64,000 nt of DNA from Planctomycetota bacterium (GCA_040755855.1 JBFMAD010000004.1:64001-128000), one strand, 5' to 3'; shown: positions 17,481 to 28,206, numbered from the stretch's first letter. Notes: generated by a model from the letters alone, not told the origin. Made by a program: numbers and translations.

Positions 17481-18791
17481 TCATCCTAATTCGCCAAATA
17501 CTGATTTGATCCAATCGTCTCGCGCCACCGTGCGCGTGAGTGCAATGATCCCATCAAAGAGATTGTACAACTTTTGATCTCCCGGAAGATCAGAAACCTT
17601 TCGCGCCTTTCCACTGGCGTCGAGCGTCCAAACAATGTCCTTCAGAGATTCAAGGTAATCATCGAAATGCCTCGCCGCATGGATGTTAGAGATAAGGCCT
17701 ACTTTGAAGCGCCACTTGTCGGCCTTTGGTTTCCCTTCAGACCCTATCTTCAGAACTTGGTAGATTCCCTTCTTAATATCATCCGTCCTGTCGATTCCGA
17801 CACTTGTCTTAGAATCGGATACAGATTCGTATCCGTCCCCATTTCTCCTCTCCGGCCATCCAGACGGAACAGGGGAGGGAGTACCGCAGGCATTTGTAAG
17901 CCAGAAGATGCCCTCTCGAGACTTTGGGTGATATGCCCCCAATGCTTCTTGCCAAAACGCAAAATACTCTCTGAAGAACGAATCGTCTTTCTTGAGTAAG
18001 CGAATGAGTCCATCCAGTGCCCACGTGTCGTGTCCCTGGTTCGCCCGCTTTCCGAGCTCAAAGTATCTCTCCTGCCAACCTGCATCATATTTCCCCGGAA
18101 TGAGCATTTCCAATTCCGTGCCAAGAAAATTGGAATTAGACACGGCTGTGTGGTCCTCCAATGCCACTACCTTTCCGTTCACCTCCTTGGTCATCTTTTG
18201 CGCGATCATAGACAAACTGGGAGTCATAAGAGGTGACGCTTTGATCTCGGCAAATAAAACTACGTTCTTATCCCGGTTTACAACCACCGCGTCAACGGGT
18301 TCTCCACCTTTGAGTACCTGCTCCTTTTTCCCCAGACTTGCGAAAATCGCGTTGTAAAATAGGAGCAACAATCGCGAGGTCGCGTTTCCAATTCTTCCTG
18401 ATTGGGGCTTTTGTGAAGGACTAAAGTAGAATTCGTTGTTCAACACATGGCGTGGACAGCAATTCGTGTAATGAAAGAAAAAGCGGGGTGTCTCCCTCGG
18501 ACAGTATAGCCAACCCGCGTGTGACAACGCTGAGTAGTACTGCGCTGCTACGAGCAAGTCAAAAGCCGACGCAAGCAGCTGGCCGACCCCGTTCGGCGAG
18601 ATTTGCTTGTTCTCGTAACACATCTTCACGAGAAGATGCACAAGCTCGCCTTCCAATTCACTCTCTGGATCAACCGACTTAGACTTCTGTATGACGTCCT
18701 CTATCCAGGAATCCAACTGATTAGCCATCTGTTCTCCGGATTGTTGTTTCGGCAGTCTGTAATCAAGAACACAAAGCTCCGGCTGCACCAT
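17481..18791 (-). CDS. Putative cognate type II restriction endonuclease (start uncertain, 18791 or 18728)
   Basis: EPVDAVV...FAEIKAS PD-(D/E)xK-like motif; ends 4 nt before the MTase start; same lower GC. Confidence 0.65.
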   Translation of the reverse strand: MVQPELCVLDYRLPKQQSGEQMANQLDSWIEDVIQKSKSVDPESELEGELVHLLVKMCYENKQISPNGVGQLLASAFDLLVAAQYYSALSHAGWLYCPRETPRFFFHYTNCCPRHVLNNEFYFSPSQKPQSGRIGNATSRLLLLFYNAIFASLGKKEQVLKGGEPVDAVVVNRDKNVVLFAEIKASPLMTPSLSMIAQKMTKEVNGKVVALEDHTAVSNSNFLGTELEMLIPGKYDAGWQERYFELGKRANQGHDTWALDGLIRLLKKDDSFFREYFAFWQEALGAYHPKSREGIFWLTNACGTPSPVPSGWPERRNGDGYESVSDSKTSVGIDRTDDIKKGIYQVLKIGSEGKPKADKWRFKVGLISNIHAARHFDDYLESLKDIVWTLDASGKARKVSDLPGDQKLYNLFDGIIALTRTVARDDWIKSVFGELG

Positions 18792-18951
18792 ACTTATCTC
18801 CCCATTCGCCCATGTGCAGCATGTTACGGCTTGGCCCATTCGGGGAGTGAAGGGATACGCCCAACGCCTCACTCCGCGCGGTTACATTATACCCCACGCC
18901 TCCGACAATGCGAAGCAAAATCTCACGCAGAGACGCCAAGACGCAGTCGAA

Positions 18952-19040
18952 GATAGGGTTATAGATTGCGGGTTATCGGTTATAGGCCGTCGAAAGCCGA
19001 TCCCATAACCTGTAACCCACAACCTATCCCCCCTAACCCA
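18952..19040. repeat. Inverted short degenerate repeats (GGTTATA-like / TAACC-like)
   Basis: ggttatag, ggttatcg, ggttatag followed by cataacct, gtaaccc, caacct. Confidence 0.45.
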
Positions 19041-19135
19041 TCCCTCGGTGAACCGGCATCCGCCGCCGCGGGATTTGTGCTTTACATCCATCGGCATCGC
19101 TCCTTATAGTATCCCCATTGGAGAAATCCCTTGGT

Positions 19136-19163
19136 TCGTTCCAAGGCAGAGCCTTGGAACGAG
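19136..19163. repeat. REP-like hairpin TCGTTCCAAGGCAGAGCCTTGGAACGAG; partial copy near 62220-62238
   Basis: Perfect palindromic arms; GGCAGAGCCTCGGAACGAG recurs at about 62220. Confidence 0.6.
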
Positions 19164-19187
19164 AGTATGGCATAAGGAGATTCGCCC

Positions 19188-22100
19188 ATGAGAATCGCGC
19201 TTTGTCTGATGGCTCTGCCGTGTCTGTTTGCCGCGGTCCGGCTCGTCGCCGAGGAGAAGGTGGGCGAGCGGCCCTACGAGATGGTCTGGGCCAATCGAAC
19301 GGAGGACACCCACCCGCCGCTCGTGGATTTCGAAAACCTCGACGGCTGGAAAGTCGAGCCCAAAGACGCCGTGGCCGCGATCACCCGCACGCGCGAGGAG
19401 CAGCTCTGGGGGCAATACGTCGCCAAGCTGACCTACCGCGGCACGTCGCGCAAGGCGGAGTTCACCGTCCGCCCGCCCAAGCCGATCCCCATCCCCCAGC
19501 CCTTCGACTGCATCAACTTCTGGGTGTATGGCAACAACTGGGCATGGGTCCAGGACGCGGCCACGCCGCGCGTCGGCATCCACATCCTTCTCCAAGCCAA
19601 AGACGGGAAGGAGATGCAGGTCTATCTCGGCTACGTCCGATGGAAGGAGTGGTGGGTGATGCACACGAAGCTCCAGCCGGAGCAGCTCGCTGCGCTCAAG
19701 GACGGGGCTTCCTTTGCGGGCATCCGCATCACCAACTGCTTCAACTCGGACGACCGGGTCCTCTACTTCGACGACTTGGCCTTCTACCAGGAGGTCCTCA
19801 AGCCGCTCACGTTTGTCCCCCGGCCGAAGCGCGGCATTGACCTCTTCCCCGGCCAGGCCCCGGACGTCTATACCGGCGAGGGGCGGCTGCCCTTCCCGAC
19901 CCGCGAGCAAACCATCCTGCCCGACAACCTGACGCAGGACTTCAAGACAGACATCGCGGAGGAAGGAAAGGCCTACGTCTTTCGACACAAGGGGGACGAC
20001 GGCGAGCTGGAGTACCGCTACGAGCCAAAGACCGGGACCCTCGGCGATGTGACGGCGAGGTGGGGTGGGTGGTTCGGGCGGCGATTCCAGCCTATGGCCG
20101 ACGGCGGGGTGTATTTTGCCGACGGGGACAAGGCCGTCCCGCCCGATCGCTTCGACCTCCTGGGCTGCGATCAAATCAACGACGCCGTCGTGGCCCTGTG
20201 GCGCGTCGGCCTCGACCAGCGCACGATGGACGTGACCTACACCCTTCGCCTGTGGCAGAAGTCGCTGGTCATTGATGTCCAATGCTTTGGCGGGCAGGCG
20301 GCCGAGGTCCTTTTCGGTCGAGCCGTGGGCGCGGAGAATCCCCGGCTTGTCCCTGTGCCCTATCTTGTCGGCGAGGAGCATGGCGGGGAGAAGCCCCGCC
20401 CGGCGGTCCTCGTGATGGGTCCGCCGAGCAAGCCGCTCTTCCTCACCGGCCTGGTGGATTACTACCGAACGAACTCGTCGAAGCTGATATTCCTCAACAA
20501 GGTCAAAGACAGCGCGGCCACGTATAACGCCGGATCGCAGTACATCCCCAAGACCGACGGCAAGCGCAACGATTGTTTCGAGCGGCTGTTCCTCACCATC
20601 TCGCCGCGCTTCGAGGAGATCCTGCCGAACATCCCGAACCCGAAGTCGCCGTGGATGCACGTGGCCGGGGAGCGGCTGTGGATCGCCCACGGTGCCAGCG
20701 ACCGTGAACGAGACTACAAGGTGTGGGAGGAGGCAGCCCGTTACGGCATGACCAAGGTCGTCATCACCGACCACGAGACCGGCTGGCGCGACGGCGGCGA
20801 GAGCTTCACCTTCCGCACAAAGACCGCACCGAAAAAAGGCGGCGACGATAGCCAGAAGGACTACTCCAAGAAGCTCCACGCCCTCGGCTACCGATACGGC
20901 ATCTACAACAACTACACCGACTACTCGCCTACCAATGAATACTGGGACGAGGACATGGTCAACCGCCTGCCCAACGGCGACTGGCAGGCGGCCTGGGCGC
21001 GGTGCTACGCCCCCAAGCCGACCCGCGCCGTGGAGTATGAGGCGAAGCTCACTCCGACCATCCAGGACAAGTTCAAACTCAGCACGGCCTATTGCGATGT
21101 GCACACTGCCGTCACCCCGTGGAACCGCGTGGACTACGACGCCCGCACACCCGGGGCCGGGACCATGATCGCGCAGTTCTACCCCTACGGCGAGATCATG
21201 CTCCACCAGAAGCGCGTCTGGAACGGGCCGGTCTACAGCGAGGGCCGAAACCACTACTACTACTGCGGCCTGACCGACGGCAACTATGCCCAGGACCCCG
21301 CCTACGATCCCGCGAAGAATCCCTGGCTCGTGGATTTCGATCTCTTGAAAATGCACCCGCTTTGCTGCAACTTCGGCATGGGCAACATCGGAATGTTCTA
21401 TGGCAGAGAGGAAGGTCTGGGTGGAAGTCCCGAGGAGCAGGAGCATCGGCTCGACCGCTTCCTCGCGGCGACCATCGCCTTCGGCCACACGGGGTTCTTT
21501 GTGCGAGAGGGCGGCTGGCGGAACGCCGCGCGGAGTTACTACCTCCTCCAGCAGCTTCACAAAAACTATGCCGAGGAAGCGGCGACAGACATCCGATACG
21601 CAGATGCGAAAGGCGACCTGCTCGAAACGAGCGCCGCCGTGGCGACCGACGCATACAAGCGGTCGCAGGTCGTCACAAAGTACTCGAACGGCCTGATGGT
21701 CTGGGTGAACGGCAACGAAACGGAGACTTGGCAGACGCCGAACGCCCTGCTGCCCCCGAACGGGTTCTATGCCAAGAGCGGCGACGGGAAGCTGATGGTC
21801 TTCAGCGCCCTCAAGGACGGCCGCCGGGCCGACTACTGCGAGTCGCCAGCCTATACCTATGTCGACGGTCGGGGTACATTTGCCCGCTTCACAACCGCTG
21901 TAAGCGACCAGGCCATGATCGCCCTGAAACGCAGCGATGGAAAGGTGGAGGTTATCCCGGTCGGCAACCCGACGACCTGCGGAGTTTCGCTCAATGGGAA
22001 AGCCGCCACAGCCGTTGCGCTGGACAAGGAGCGCAAGGAGCTCGGCCCGGTCGAGACGCGCCTGAGCCGCGGGCTGGTGTATGCGACCCCGAAGGAGGGG

Positions 22101-23552
22101 GCGTTCAGTTACCTCCTCACGCCTACCGATCCGCCGGCCATTGCGCTGAAGTGCGAGCGCATCCGTGTTGTGCCCGGCGAGACGGTCAAGGTCATGGGCA
22201 AGGAGTCACACGACTTCCGTATCCCATCCGACGCGAAGCCCGGCAGCCAGCTCTGGCAGCAGTTCGAGGGCGCATGGATTGACTTCACGGTCCTGCCCGT
22301 GGTGGATGCTGCGCTTACCTTGGACGATGCCTATCACCTGACGCTCACGAGCAATCTGGCCATGCAGGCGAAGGGTGTAGCCGTGCTGGACGAGAAGGAA
22401 CAACCTGTCGAGCTCGCATCCGGTAAGACGAAGACCATAACGTTCCCCTTCTCTCCTCCGGAGACGGAGTGCGTGAAGGAAATCAGGCTGAAAGTCACAC
22501 TTGGAGAATTCGCATTTGAGAAAAGCTGGTGGCTCAAATCCGAGGAGGCCGTGCGCGAGATCGCCGCACTGTCCGAACAGTTCAAGGCCGGCCAACGCCT
22601 GCGCAAAGGAGACGAAACGGACATTCTCCCCGACAACCGCGCGCAGGTGCGCAAACGCGGCGACATGGTTTGCGGCAACAAGAGCCAGAACGGGGTCTTC
22701 ATGCACCCGCCCTACATGGGCGGCGTGGGATATGCTTTTGTGTTGTTTGAACCGATCCGCCTGCCCGCCGAGCCGAAGGCCGTCTTCCGATGTCTCATCG
22801 GCAAGGCCGACGGCAGCGACCCCGGCGACGGTATCCTGTTTCGCGTGGCCGTTGTTGATGACGGCGGCAAGGAGACGATCATCGCCGAGCAGCAGTGGAT
22901 CAAGCACGCCTGGACGCCGCTCGTTGGCGACTTGTCGCCCTGGGCGGGGAAGACGATCCGCCTTAAGCTCATCACCGACGTCGGCCCCGACGATAATTCC
23001 TCCGGCGACTGGGCCTGCTGGGCGGGATTCAAGATCGAGACAAAGGAGCCTGTGTTGGTGACTACACTTCACGATAAGCCGGTCCGGTTGACCTATGAGC
23101 CGGGGCCTCACCCCGTTCCCGGCCTCACGCTCGATCAAATCCGCAAGGCCAAGCGGGGGTGGCTCCACTACGAGGAAATCGGACTCCAATGCAGTGGATC
23201 GTACATCTCCAAGGCCGAGATCAACGGCGTCGTGATCGGCAACCTGCCGAGCGGCGAGGGCGCCAGCGAGACAAAGAACGTCTGGAGCAAGGTCGCGTCC
23301 GTGGAGCTTCCGGTGCAGATCGTCCAGTCGCTCCAGGCGCGCAACGCGCTGAAGGTCCTGAACCCCGGCCAGGACTGGTTCAAGATTCGCGGCTTCTGGG
23401 TGGAGCTGGAACTAACCGACGGCCGGAAGTGCTCGTCGCGGATGTCCACGACGGTTTACACCCAGCCGCCCAACTGGCCCTATGCCGAAGGCGTCGGCGT
23501 GCCGCACGGCAGCCCGATCGAGAGTGAGATTGTGTTTGACGTCAAACCATAG
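19188..23552 (+). CDS. Large secreted putative glycoside hydrolase (DUF5696/GH101-like TIM barrel plus carbohydrate-binding-like modules)
   Basis: Signal peptide; YNNYTD, AYCDVHT, GPVYSEG; C-terminal MHPPY...DGILFRV...DWACW module. Confidence 0.65.
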   Translation: MRIALCLMALPCLFAAVRLVAEEKVGERPYEMVWANRTEDTHPPLVDFENLDGWKVEPKDAVAAITRTREEQLWGQYVAKLTYRGTSRKAEFTVRPPKPIPIPQPFDCINFWVYGNNWAWVQDAATPRVGIHILLQAKDGKEMQVYLGYVRWKEWWVMHTKLQPEQLAALKDGASFAGIRITNCFNSDDRVLYFDDLAFYQEVLKPLTFVPRPKRGIDLFPGQAPDVYTGEGRLPFPTREQTILPDNLTQDFKTDIAEEGKAYVFRHKGDDGELEYRYEPKTGTLGDVTARWGGWFGRRFQPMADGGVYFADGDKAVPPDRFDLLGCDQINDAVVALWRVGLDQRTMDVTYTLRLWQKSLVIDVQCFGGQAAEVLFGRAVGAENPRLVPVPYLVGEEHGGEKPRPAVLVMGPPSKPLFLTGLVDYYRTNSSKLIFLNKVKDSAATYNAGSQYIPKTDGKRNDCFERLFLTISPRFEEILPNIPNPKSPWMHVAGERLWIAHGASDRERDYKVWEEAARYGMTKVVITDHETGWRDGGESFTFRTKTAPKKGGDDSQKDYSKKLHALGYRYGIYNNYTDYSPTNEYWDEDMVNRLPNGDWQAAWARCYAPKPTRAVEYEAKLTPTIQDKFKLSTAYCDVHTAVTPWNRVDYDARTPGAGTMIAQFYPYGEIMLHQKRVWNGPVYSEGRNHYYYCGLTDGNYAQDPAYDPAKNPWLVDFDLLKMHPLCCNFGMGNIGMFYGREEGLGGSPEEQEHRLDRFLAATIAFGHTGFFVREGGWRNAARSYYLLQQLHKNYAEEAATDIRYADAKGDLLETSAAVATDAYKRSQVVTKYSNGLMVWVNGNETETWQTPNALLPPNGFYAKSGDGKLMVFSALKDGRRADYCESPAYTYVDGRGTFARFTTAVSDQAMIALKRSDGKVEVIPVGNPTTCGVSLNGKAATAVALDKERKELGPVETRLSRGLVYATPKEGAFSYLLTPTDPPAIALKCERIRVVPGETVKVMGKESHDFRIPSDAKPGSQLWQQFEGAWIDFTVLPVVDAALTLDDAYHLTLTSNLAMQAKGVAVLDEKEQPVELASGKTKTITFPFSPPETECVKEIRLKVTLGEFAFEKSWWLKSEEAVREIAALSEQFKAGQRLRKGDETDILPDNRAQVRKRGDMVCGNKSQNGVFMHPPYMGGVGYAFVLFEPIRLPAEPKAVFRCLIGKADGSDPGDGILFRVAVVDDGGKETIIAEQQWIKHAWTPLVGDLSPWAGKTIRLKLITDVGPDDNSSGDWACWAGFKIETKEPVLVTTLHDKPVRLTYEPGPHPVPGLTLDQIRKAKRGWLHYEEIGLQCSGSYISKAEINGVVIGNLPSGEGASETKNVWSKVASVELPVQIVQSLQARNALKVLNPGQDWFKIRGFWVELELTDGRKCSSRMSTTVYTQPPNWPYAEGVGVPHGSPIESEIVFDVKP

Positions 23553-23554
23553 GA

Positions 23555-23593
23555 AAATGGGGACAGACCCAACGACCGGTCTGTTCCCATTTT
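23555..23593. repeat. Intergenic palindrome AAAATGGGGACAGACC...GGTCTGTTCCCATTTT
   Basis: Near-perfect inverted arms between the GH gene and tldD; REP- or terminator-like. Confidence 0.55.
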
Positions 23594-23618
23594 CCCCACT
23601 GCACGTGAGGAACCATGC

Positions 23619-25196
23619 ATGCGCCAAACAGGTAAGATCCAATGCGAGGACCTGGACGCCATCAAGGCGGAGGTCCTGAATACCATCGAGGGGGCGAGGA
23701 AGTCGCTCCCCGGATTCCGTTACGGCGATATCCGGATCGAGGTCGCCGAAGGCTCTTACGCCTGGGCCGAGAACGGCGACCCGAAGGCGAGCGGTCGGGA
23801 CTTCGGCCTCTCCCTCGGCGTCCGCGTCATCGCGGGTAACGGCATGGCGGCGTCGGGGCACGTCGGCATGGTCCTCGGTCCCGCCGACGTGCCAAACCTA
23901 TCGGCAATTGTCCGCGACGCCCTCGGCCACGCCCACGCCCGGGCGCGCGCCAATGCCGACCAGAAGAAGGCGGCCTTGCGGAAGTTTGCGATGGCCGGGA
24001 AGTGCCTGACCTCGATCGAGTTGGCCCCCATCGAAATCCACCGGCAGGACATCCTCGCCCTCTACCAGACCGATCCCCGTTCCATTGATCCGTCGGCGGC
24101 TACGCGGCTTGCGGTGGATGTCTCAAAGGCTGTGGCTGCCGTGAGCGACGCGGTGAAATACAACGTGATCGAGGCCGTCACCTACCTGGCGAGGTCCGTG
24201 TTCGCATCGAGCGAGGGGGCGCTCATTGACCGAGGCTATGCCCTGACGCAGGGCATAGCCTACATCGTCGGCGCAACCGAGAAAGGCCAGCAGGAGCACT
24301 ACGACTGCATCGGCCACCAGCGCGGGTGGGAGATTCTTGAGAAGGGGATCACCGAGGACCCACCGATGCTTCGCTCTCCCGGCCTCTGCGACTTCGCTGT
24401 CGCTCTCGCAAAGGAGACGGTGGAGCTGTGCGACGCCCCGCCCCTGCCGGAGAGCAAGAAGGAGGTGGTCGTCGTTACCGACCCGCACTACAACACGCTG
24501 CTCGTCCACGAGATCATCGGCCATCCGACGGAACTCGACCGGGCGTTCAAGTGGGAGACGGCCTACGCCGGGCGGACGTGGCTCTTCAACGATTTGGGCC
24601 ACAACCGCGTCGGCGAGCGGATCGCCTCGCCGCTCGTCTCGGCCTACTCCGACCCCGCCCTGCCAGGCTACGGCAACTATGAGTACGACGACGAAGGCGC
24701 CCCCGCCAAGCGGGTGATGCACATCGAGAAGGGCGTATTCAAGGGGTTCATGAACAGTCGCCAGACGGCGGCTATCATCGGCGCGGAGCCGAATGGGCAC
24801 TACAAGGCGACGGACGCATCGCTCGTCCCGCTCATCCGCATGTCGAGCACGGTCTTCGGCCCTGGGCGGACCCCGCCGGAGCAGTTGATCGGCGAGGTGG
24901 AGCGCGGCTATTACTTCACCAGTATGCGCATCCCATCCATCGCCGAGAGCCGCGAGAATTTCCGCATCACGGCGCGGAAGGTGCAGGAGATCAGGAACGG
25001 GAAGCTCGGCCAGGTCTATCGCGACGGCGGGATCATGTCCGATTCGAGGGACTTCCTGATGAATGTGGATGGGGTCGGGAACGACTTCCGGCTGTATCCC
25101 ATCGCCAACTGTGGCAAGGGCCAGCCGATGCAGACGAAGAAACTGGGCAACGGCGGGCCGACGCTTCGCAGCCGCGCCCGCGTGACAGGGAGATAG
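23619..25196 (+). CDS. tldD: TldD-family metalloprotease
   Basis: HEIIGHPTELDR zinc motif, YDDEGAPA, PLIRMS, CGKGQPMQ...GNGGP. Confidence 0.9.
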   Translation: MRQTGKIQCEDLDAIKAEVLNTIEGARKSLPGFRYGDIRIEVAEGSYAWAENGDPKASGRDFGLSLGVRVIAGNGMAASGHVGMVLGPADVPNLSAIVRDALGHAHARARANADQKKAALRKFAMAGKCLTSIELAPIEIHRQDILALYQTDPRSIDPSAATRLAVDVSKAVAAVSDAVKYNVIEAVTYLARSVFASSEGALIDRGYALTQGIAYIVGATEKGQQEHYDCIGHQRGWEILEKGITEDPPMLRSPGLCDFAVALAKETVELCDAPPLPESKKEVVVVTDPHYNTLLVHEIIGHPTELDRAFKWETAYAGRTWLFNDLGHNRVGERIASPLVSAYSDPALPGYGNYEYDDEGAPAKRVMHIEKGVFKGFMNSRQTAAIIGAEPNGHYKATDASLVPLIRMSSTVFGPGRTPPEQLIGEVERGYYFTSMRIPSIAESRENFRITARKVQEIRNGKLGQVYRDGGIMSDSRDFLMNVDGVGNDFRLYPIANCGKGQPMQTKKLGNGGPTLRSRARVTGR

Positions 25197-25198
25197 AG

Positions 25199-26743
25199 AT
25201 GCAAGACTTGTCCAAACTCCAGGACGCGGCGGCCGCCGCGTTGAAATGGGTGCAATCACAGAAGGGCGTGCGGGAGGCCGAGGCCTTCGTCGCCGCAAAC
25301 GACAGCCTCCTCGCCCGCCTCGACTACACGTCGCACATCCCCTGCGAAGGGGTGCTGGAGCCGAAGTCTTGCGGGTCCTTCGGCGTCGGCCTGCGGGTCG
25401 TCTTCGGGAACGGCGGTCAGGCGCTCCTGGGCTTCGGCCAGGAGACGGGCGACCTCGGCAAGACGGCCGTCCGCTCGGCATTCGCCAAGGCGAAGGCCGG
25501 CGCCGTGGCCGATCCCACGTTCGAGTCGCTCCCGAAACCGACCGGCGAGAAACCGACGCTGTCGGACTACCACGACCCGGCGCTGATGGACCTACCCGAC
25601 GAGGACCTCGTCGCCCTGGGTTGGGAGGCCATGCAGGGGGCGATGGAGGAGTTCGAGAAGGGCGCGAAACGGCTCCGCAAAAGCCCGAAGGCCCTCGGCT
25701 TCCTCCTCGGCGGCGACGTGACTGTCCTCCAGGAGCGCATGGCCGTCGCCTCGACCCACATGCCTGATGTCCAAACCGATGAGACGACACTCATCATGGC
25801 CTCCTTCACCGCCATGGTCGAGGCGCGCAAGGCCAAGGGCACGGGCTGGCTGACTGGCGCAAAGCGATCCGACTTCACGAAGGATGTCGGGGCCGAGGCG
25901 GCGCGCAATGCCATCGCATCCGTAGGCGGACGGCGGGTGAAGTCGGGGAAATACAAGGTAGTCTTCGGCCCGCAGGCCGTGACCGACCTGCTGACGCACA
26001 TCATCCTGCCCTCCTTGAAACTTGGCAACCTGTATGCCTCAAGCTCCTGCTTCCTCGGCAAGCTGACGAAACAGGTGGCGGATAAGCACCTCTCCCTCTA
26101 CGACCACGGCGCGCTGCCCGGCCACATGGGGAGCAAGCGGATCACCTGCGAGGGCCTGCCCACGGGCCGGACCGATCTCATCCGCGACGGCGTCATGGTG
26201 GGGACGCTGGCAAACGACTACGAGTCGCGCCGGATCATGATGGATAAGCAGGCAAAGGAAAAACTTGGCGTCGCCCCGAAGAGCCACAAGGCCGCCTTCG
26301 TCCCGCGCAACGGCTTCCGGTTCCAGTCGGGAGGCGGGCGGGGCTTTGCCATGCCGCCGGGCACGGCGTGCACAAACGTCTTTCTGGAATCCAACCGGGC
26401 GAAGACGAGAGAGGCCCTTCTGAAGGAGGTCGGCGATGGGATTTACGTGGGCCGCATCTGGTACACCTATCCGGTCAACGGCCTGGCGGCGGGGGACTTC
26501 ACGACGACGTGCATCGCCGACAGCTACCTCATCGAGGACGGCAGGCTCGGCGCGCCGCTGCTGCCGAACGTGATTCGCATCAACGACAATGTGTCGAAGG
26601 TCCTCAATAACATCATCGGCGTCGGCGACACGCCGCGCGGCGTCATCGTCTGGGCGGCGGATGAGGTGGTGTACGTCCCCGACGTGGCCGTGGCGGATGT
26701 GAACGTGACGGCGATTGCGGATTTCCTGGCCGCGTCGAGCTGA
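25199..26743 (+). CDS. pmbA: TldE/PmbA-family protein
   Basis: SGKYKVVFGP.AV..LL, CEGLPT....LIRDGV, GDF, IEDGRL; no HExxH; adjacent to tldD. Confidence 0.8.
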   Translation: MQDLSKLQDAAAAALKWVQSQKGVREAEAFVAANDSLLARLDYTSHIPCEGVLEPKSCGSFGVGLRVVFGNGGQALLGFGQETGDLGKTAVRSAFAKAKAGAVADPTFESLPKPTGEKPTLSDYHDPALMDLPDEDLVALGWEAMQGAMEEFEKGAKRLRKSPKALGFLLGGDVTVLQERMAVASTHMPDVQTDETTLIMASFTAMVEARKAKGTGWLTGAKRSDFTKDVGAEAARNAIASVGGRRVKSGKYKVVFGPQAVTDLLTHIILPSLKLGNLYASSSCFLGKLTKQVADKHLSLYDHGALPGHMGSKRITCEGLPTGRTDLIRDGVMVGTLANDYESRRIMMDKQAKEKLGVAPKSHKAAFVPRNGFRFQSGGGRGFAMPPGTACTNVFLESNRAKTREALLKEVGDGIYVGRIWYTYPVNGLAAGDFTTTCIADSYLIEDGRLGAPLLPNVIRINDNVSKVLNNIIGVGDTPRGVIVWAADEVVYVPDVAVADVNVTAIADFLAASS

Positions 26744-26787
26744 TCCGGAAGCCCCTGGTCTGTTTTGTTTTACATTGGAGGAAAACC

Positions 26788-28173
26788 ATGCGCGTGATCT
26801 TCGTCATGTCGGATAGCTTTCGCTGGGACCATCTGGGCTACCTCGGCAACAAATGGATCCGCACGCCGAACCTCGACCGGCTCTCAAAGGAGTGCGCCGT
26901 CTTCGAGAACTCCGTCGCCGGCTCGTGGGCCACGGTGCCCAACCGCACCGACCTGCTCATAGGACAGTACGGCTTCCGCGAGCGGCCCTGGCAGCCGCTC
27001 AAGCCGGACGACATCACGCTTCCGATGGACCTCGCCGAGAGGGGCATCCGCTCCCAGCTCATCAGCGACACGGCCAACACCATCAGCCGCGAGTGCAACC
27101 TCTACCGCGGCTTCTCCGCCTGGTTCCACAACCGCGGCCAGGAGGGCGACCCGTGGTGCACGCGCACGGATGTGCCCCTCGATCTGAAGTGCCCCCTCGA
27201 AGGCGTGCGCTACCCAGCGGAGCGCTGGCACCAAATTCTAATGAACCGCGCCCACCGGCAGGTCGAGAGCGACTGGTTCGCGCCGGGCACATTCACCCTG
27301 GCCATCAACTGGCTCAAGCAGAATCGCAAGCTCGAAAAGTTCCTCCTGTGGATTGACACCTTCGACCCCCACGAACCATGGGACCCGCCCCAGCACTACA
27401 TTGACCTCTACGATCCCAATTACGAGGGCCGCGTCTTCGAGGCCCCGACCTACGGCATCCGCAAAAAGATCGGCATGACCGACCGCGAGCTAAAGCACAC
27501 CCGCGCCCGCTACGCCGGCGAGTGCACGATGGTGGACCACTGGGTCGGGCAGTTGGCCGTCACGATGGAGCAGCTTGGCATGTTGGACGATACCATGCTC
27601 ATCTTCACCGCCGACCACGGGCACTACCTCGACTACCCCGGCGACGGCGGGCTGATCGGCAAGCCCTCGGCCACCGGTCCCGAAGGCACATGGAAGGCGA
27701 GCAAGGACCCGAAGGAAAACACCTACCATCCCCTCTACCTGACCATGGCCCGCCAGCCCCTGCTCCTCCGCATGCCGGGGCGGAAGAAGGGCAAGCGGAT
27801 CACGGCCTTCGTCCAGCCGGCGGACATCATGCCGACGATCCTGGATTTCTTCGGCATGAAGAAGCCCGATCGCTGCCAGGGCGAGTCGCTCCTGCCGTTG
27901 ATCGCAGGGAAGAAGAAAACGATCCGGCCGTCGGCCTATTCCGGCCTGCACAAGCGGATGAGTCTCGTCACGAACAAGCGGTGGGCCTATTGCTGTTGGC
28001 TGGGCATGAGGCCCGCGGCGCTCTGGGACCGCAAGGCCGACCCGGACCAGAAGAAGGACGTGGCGAAGAAACATCCCGACGTCGTCAAGGAGATGCACAA
28101 GGAGCTGGCGACATTCCTCCGCTCCGTCGGCGCAGCGGAGGCGTACATCACCGCCCACGATCCACAAATGTAA
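26788..28173 (+). CDS. Sulfatase-like hydrolase (alkaline phosphatase superfamily) with Thr at the nucleophile position
   Basis: VMSDSFRWDHLG, TPNLD, TVPNR, FDPHEPWDPP, FTADHG. Confidence 0.85.
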   Translation: MRVIFVMSDSFRWDHLGYLGNKWIRTPNLDRLSKECAVFENSVAGSWATVPNRTDLLIGQYGFRERPWQPLKPDDITLPMDLAERGIRSQLISDTANTISRECNLYRGFSAWFHNRGQEGDPWCTRTDVPLDLKCPLEGVRYPAERWHQILMNRAHRQVESDWFAPGTFTLAINWLKQNRKLEKFLLWIDTFDPHEPWDPPQHYIDLYDPNYEGRVFEAPTYGIRKKIGMTDRELKHTRARYAGECTMVDHWVGQLAVTMEQLGMLDDTMLIFTADHGHYLDYPGDGGLIGKPSATGPEGTWKASKDPKENTYHPLYLTMARQPLLLRMPGRKKGKRITAFVQPADIMPTILDFFGMKKPDRCQGESLLPLIAGKKKTIRPSAYSGLHKRMSLVTNKRWAYCCWLGMRPAALWDRKADPDQKKDVAKKHPDVVKEMHKELATFLRSVGAAEAYITAHDPQM

Positions 28174-28206
28174 GGTGGCACCCGGCGAGAACAGGGGAGC
28201 ATTCCA

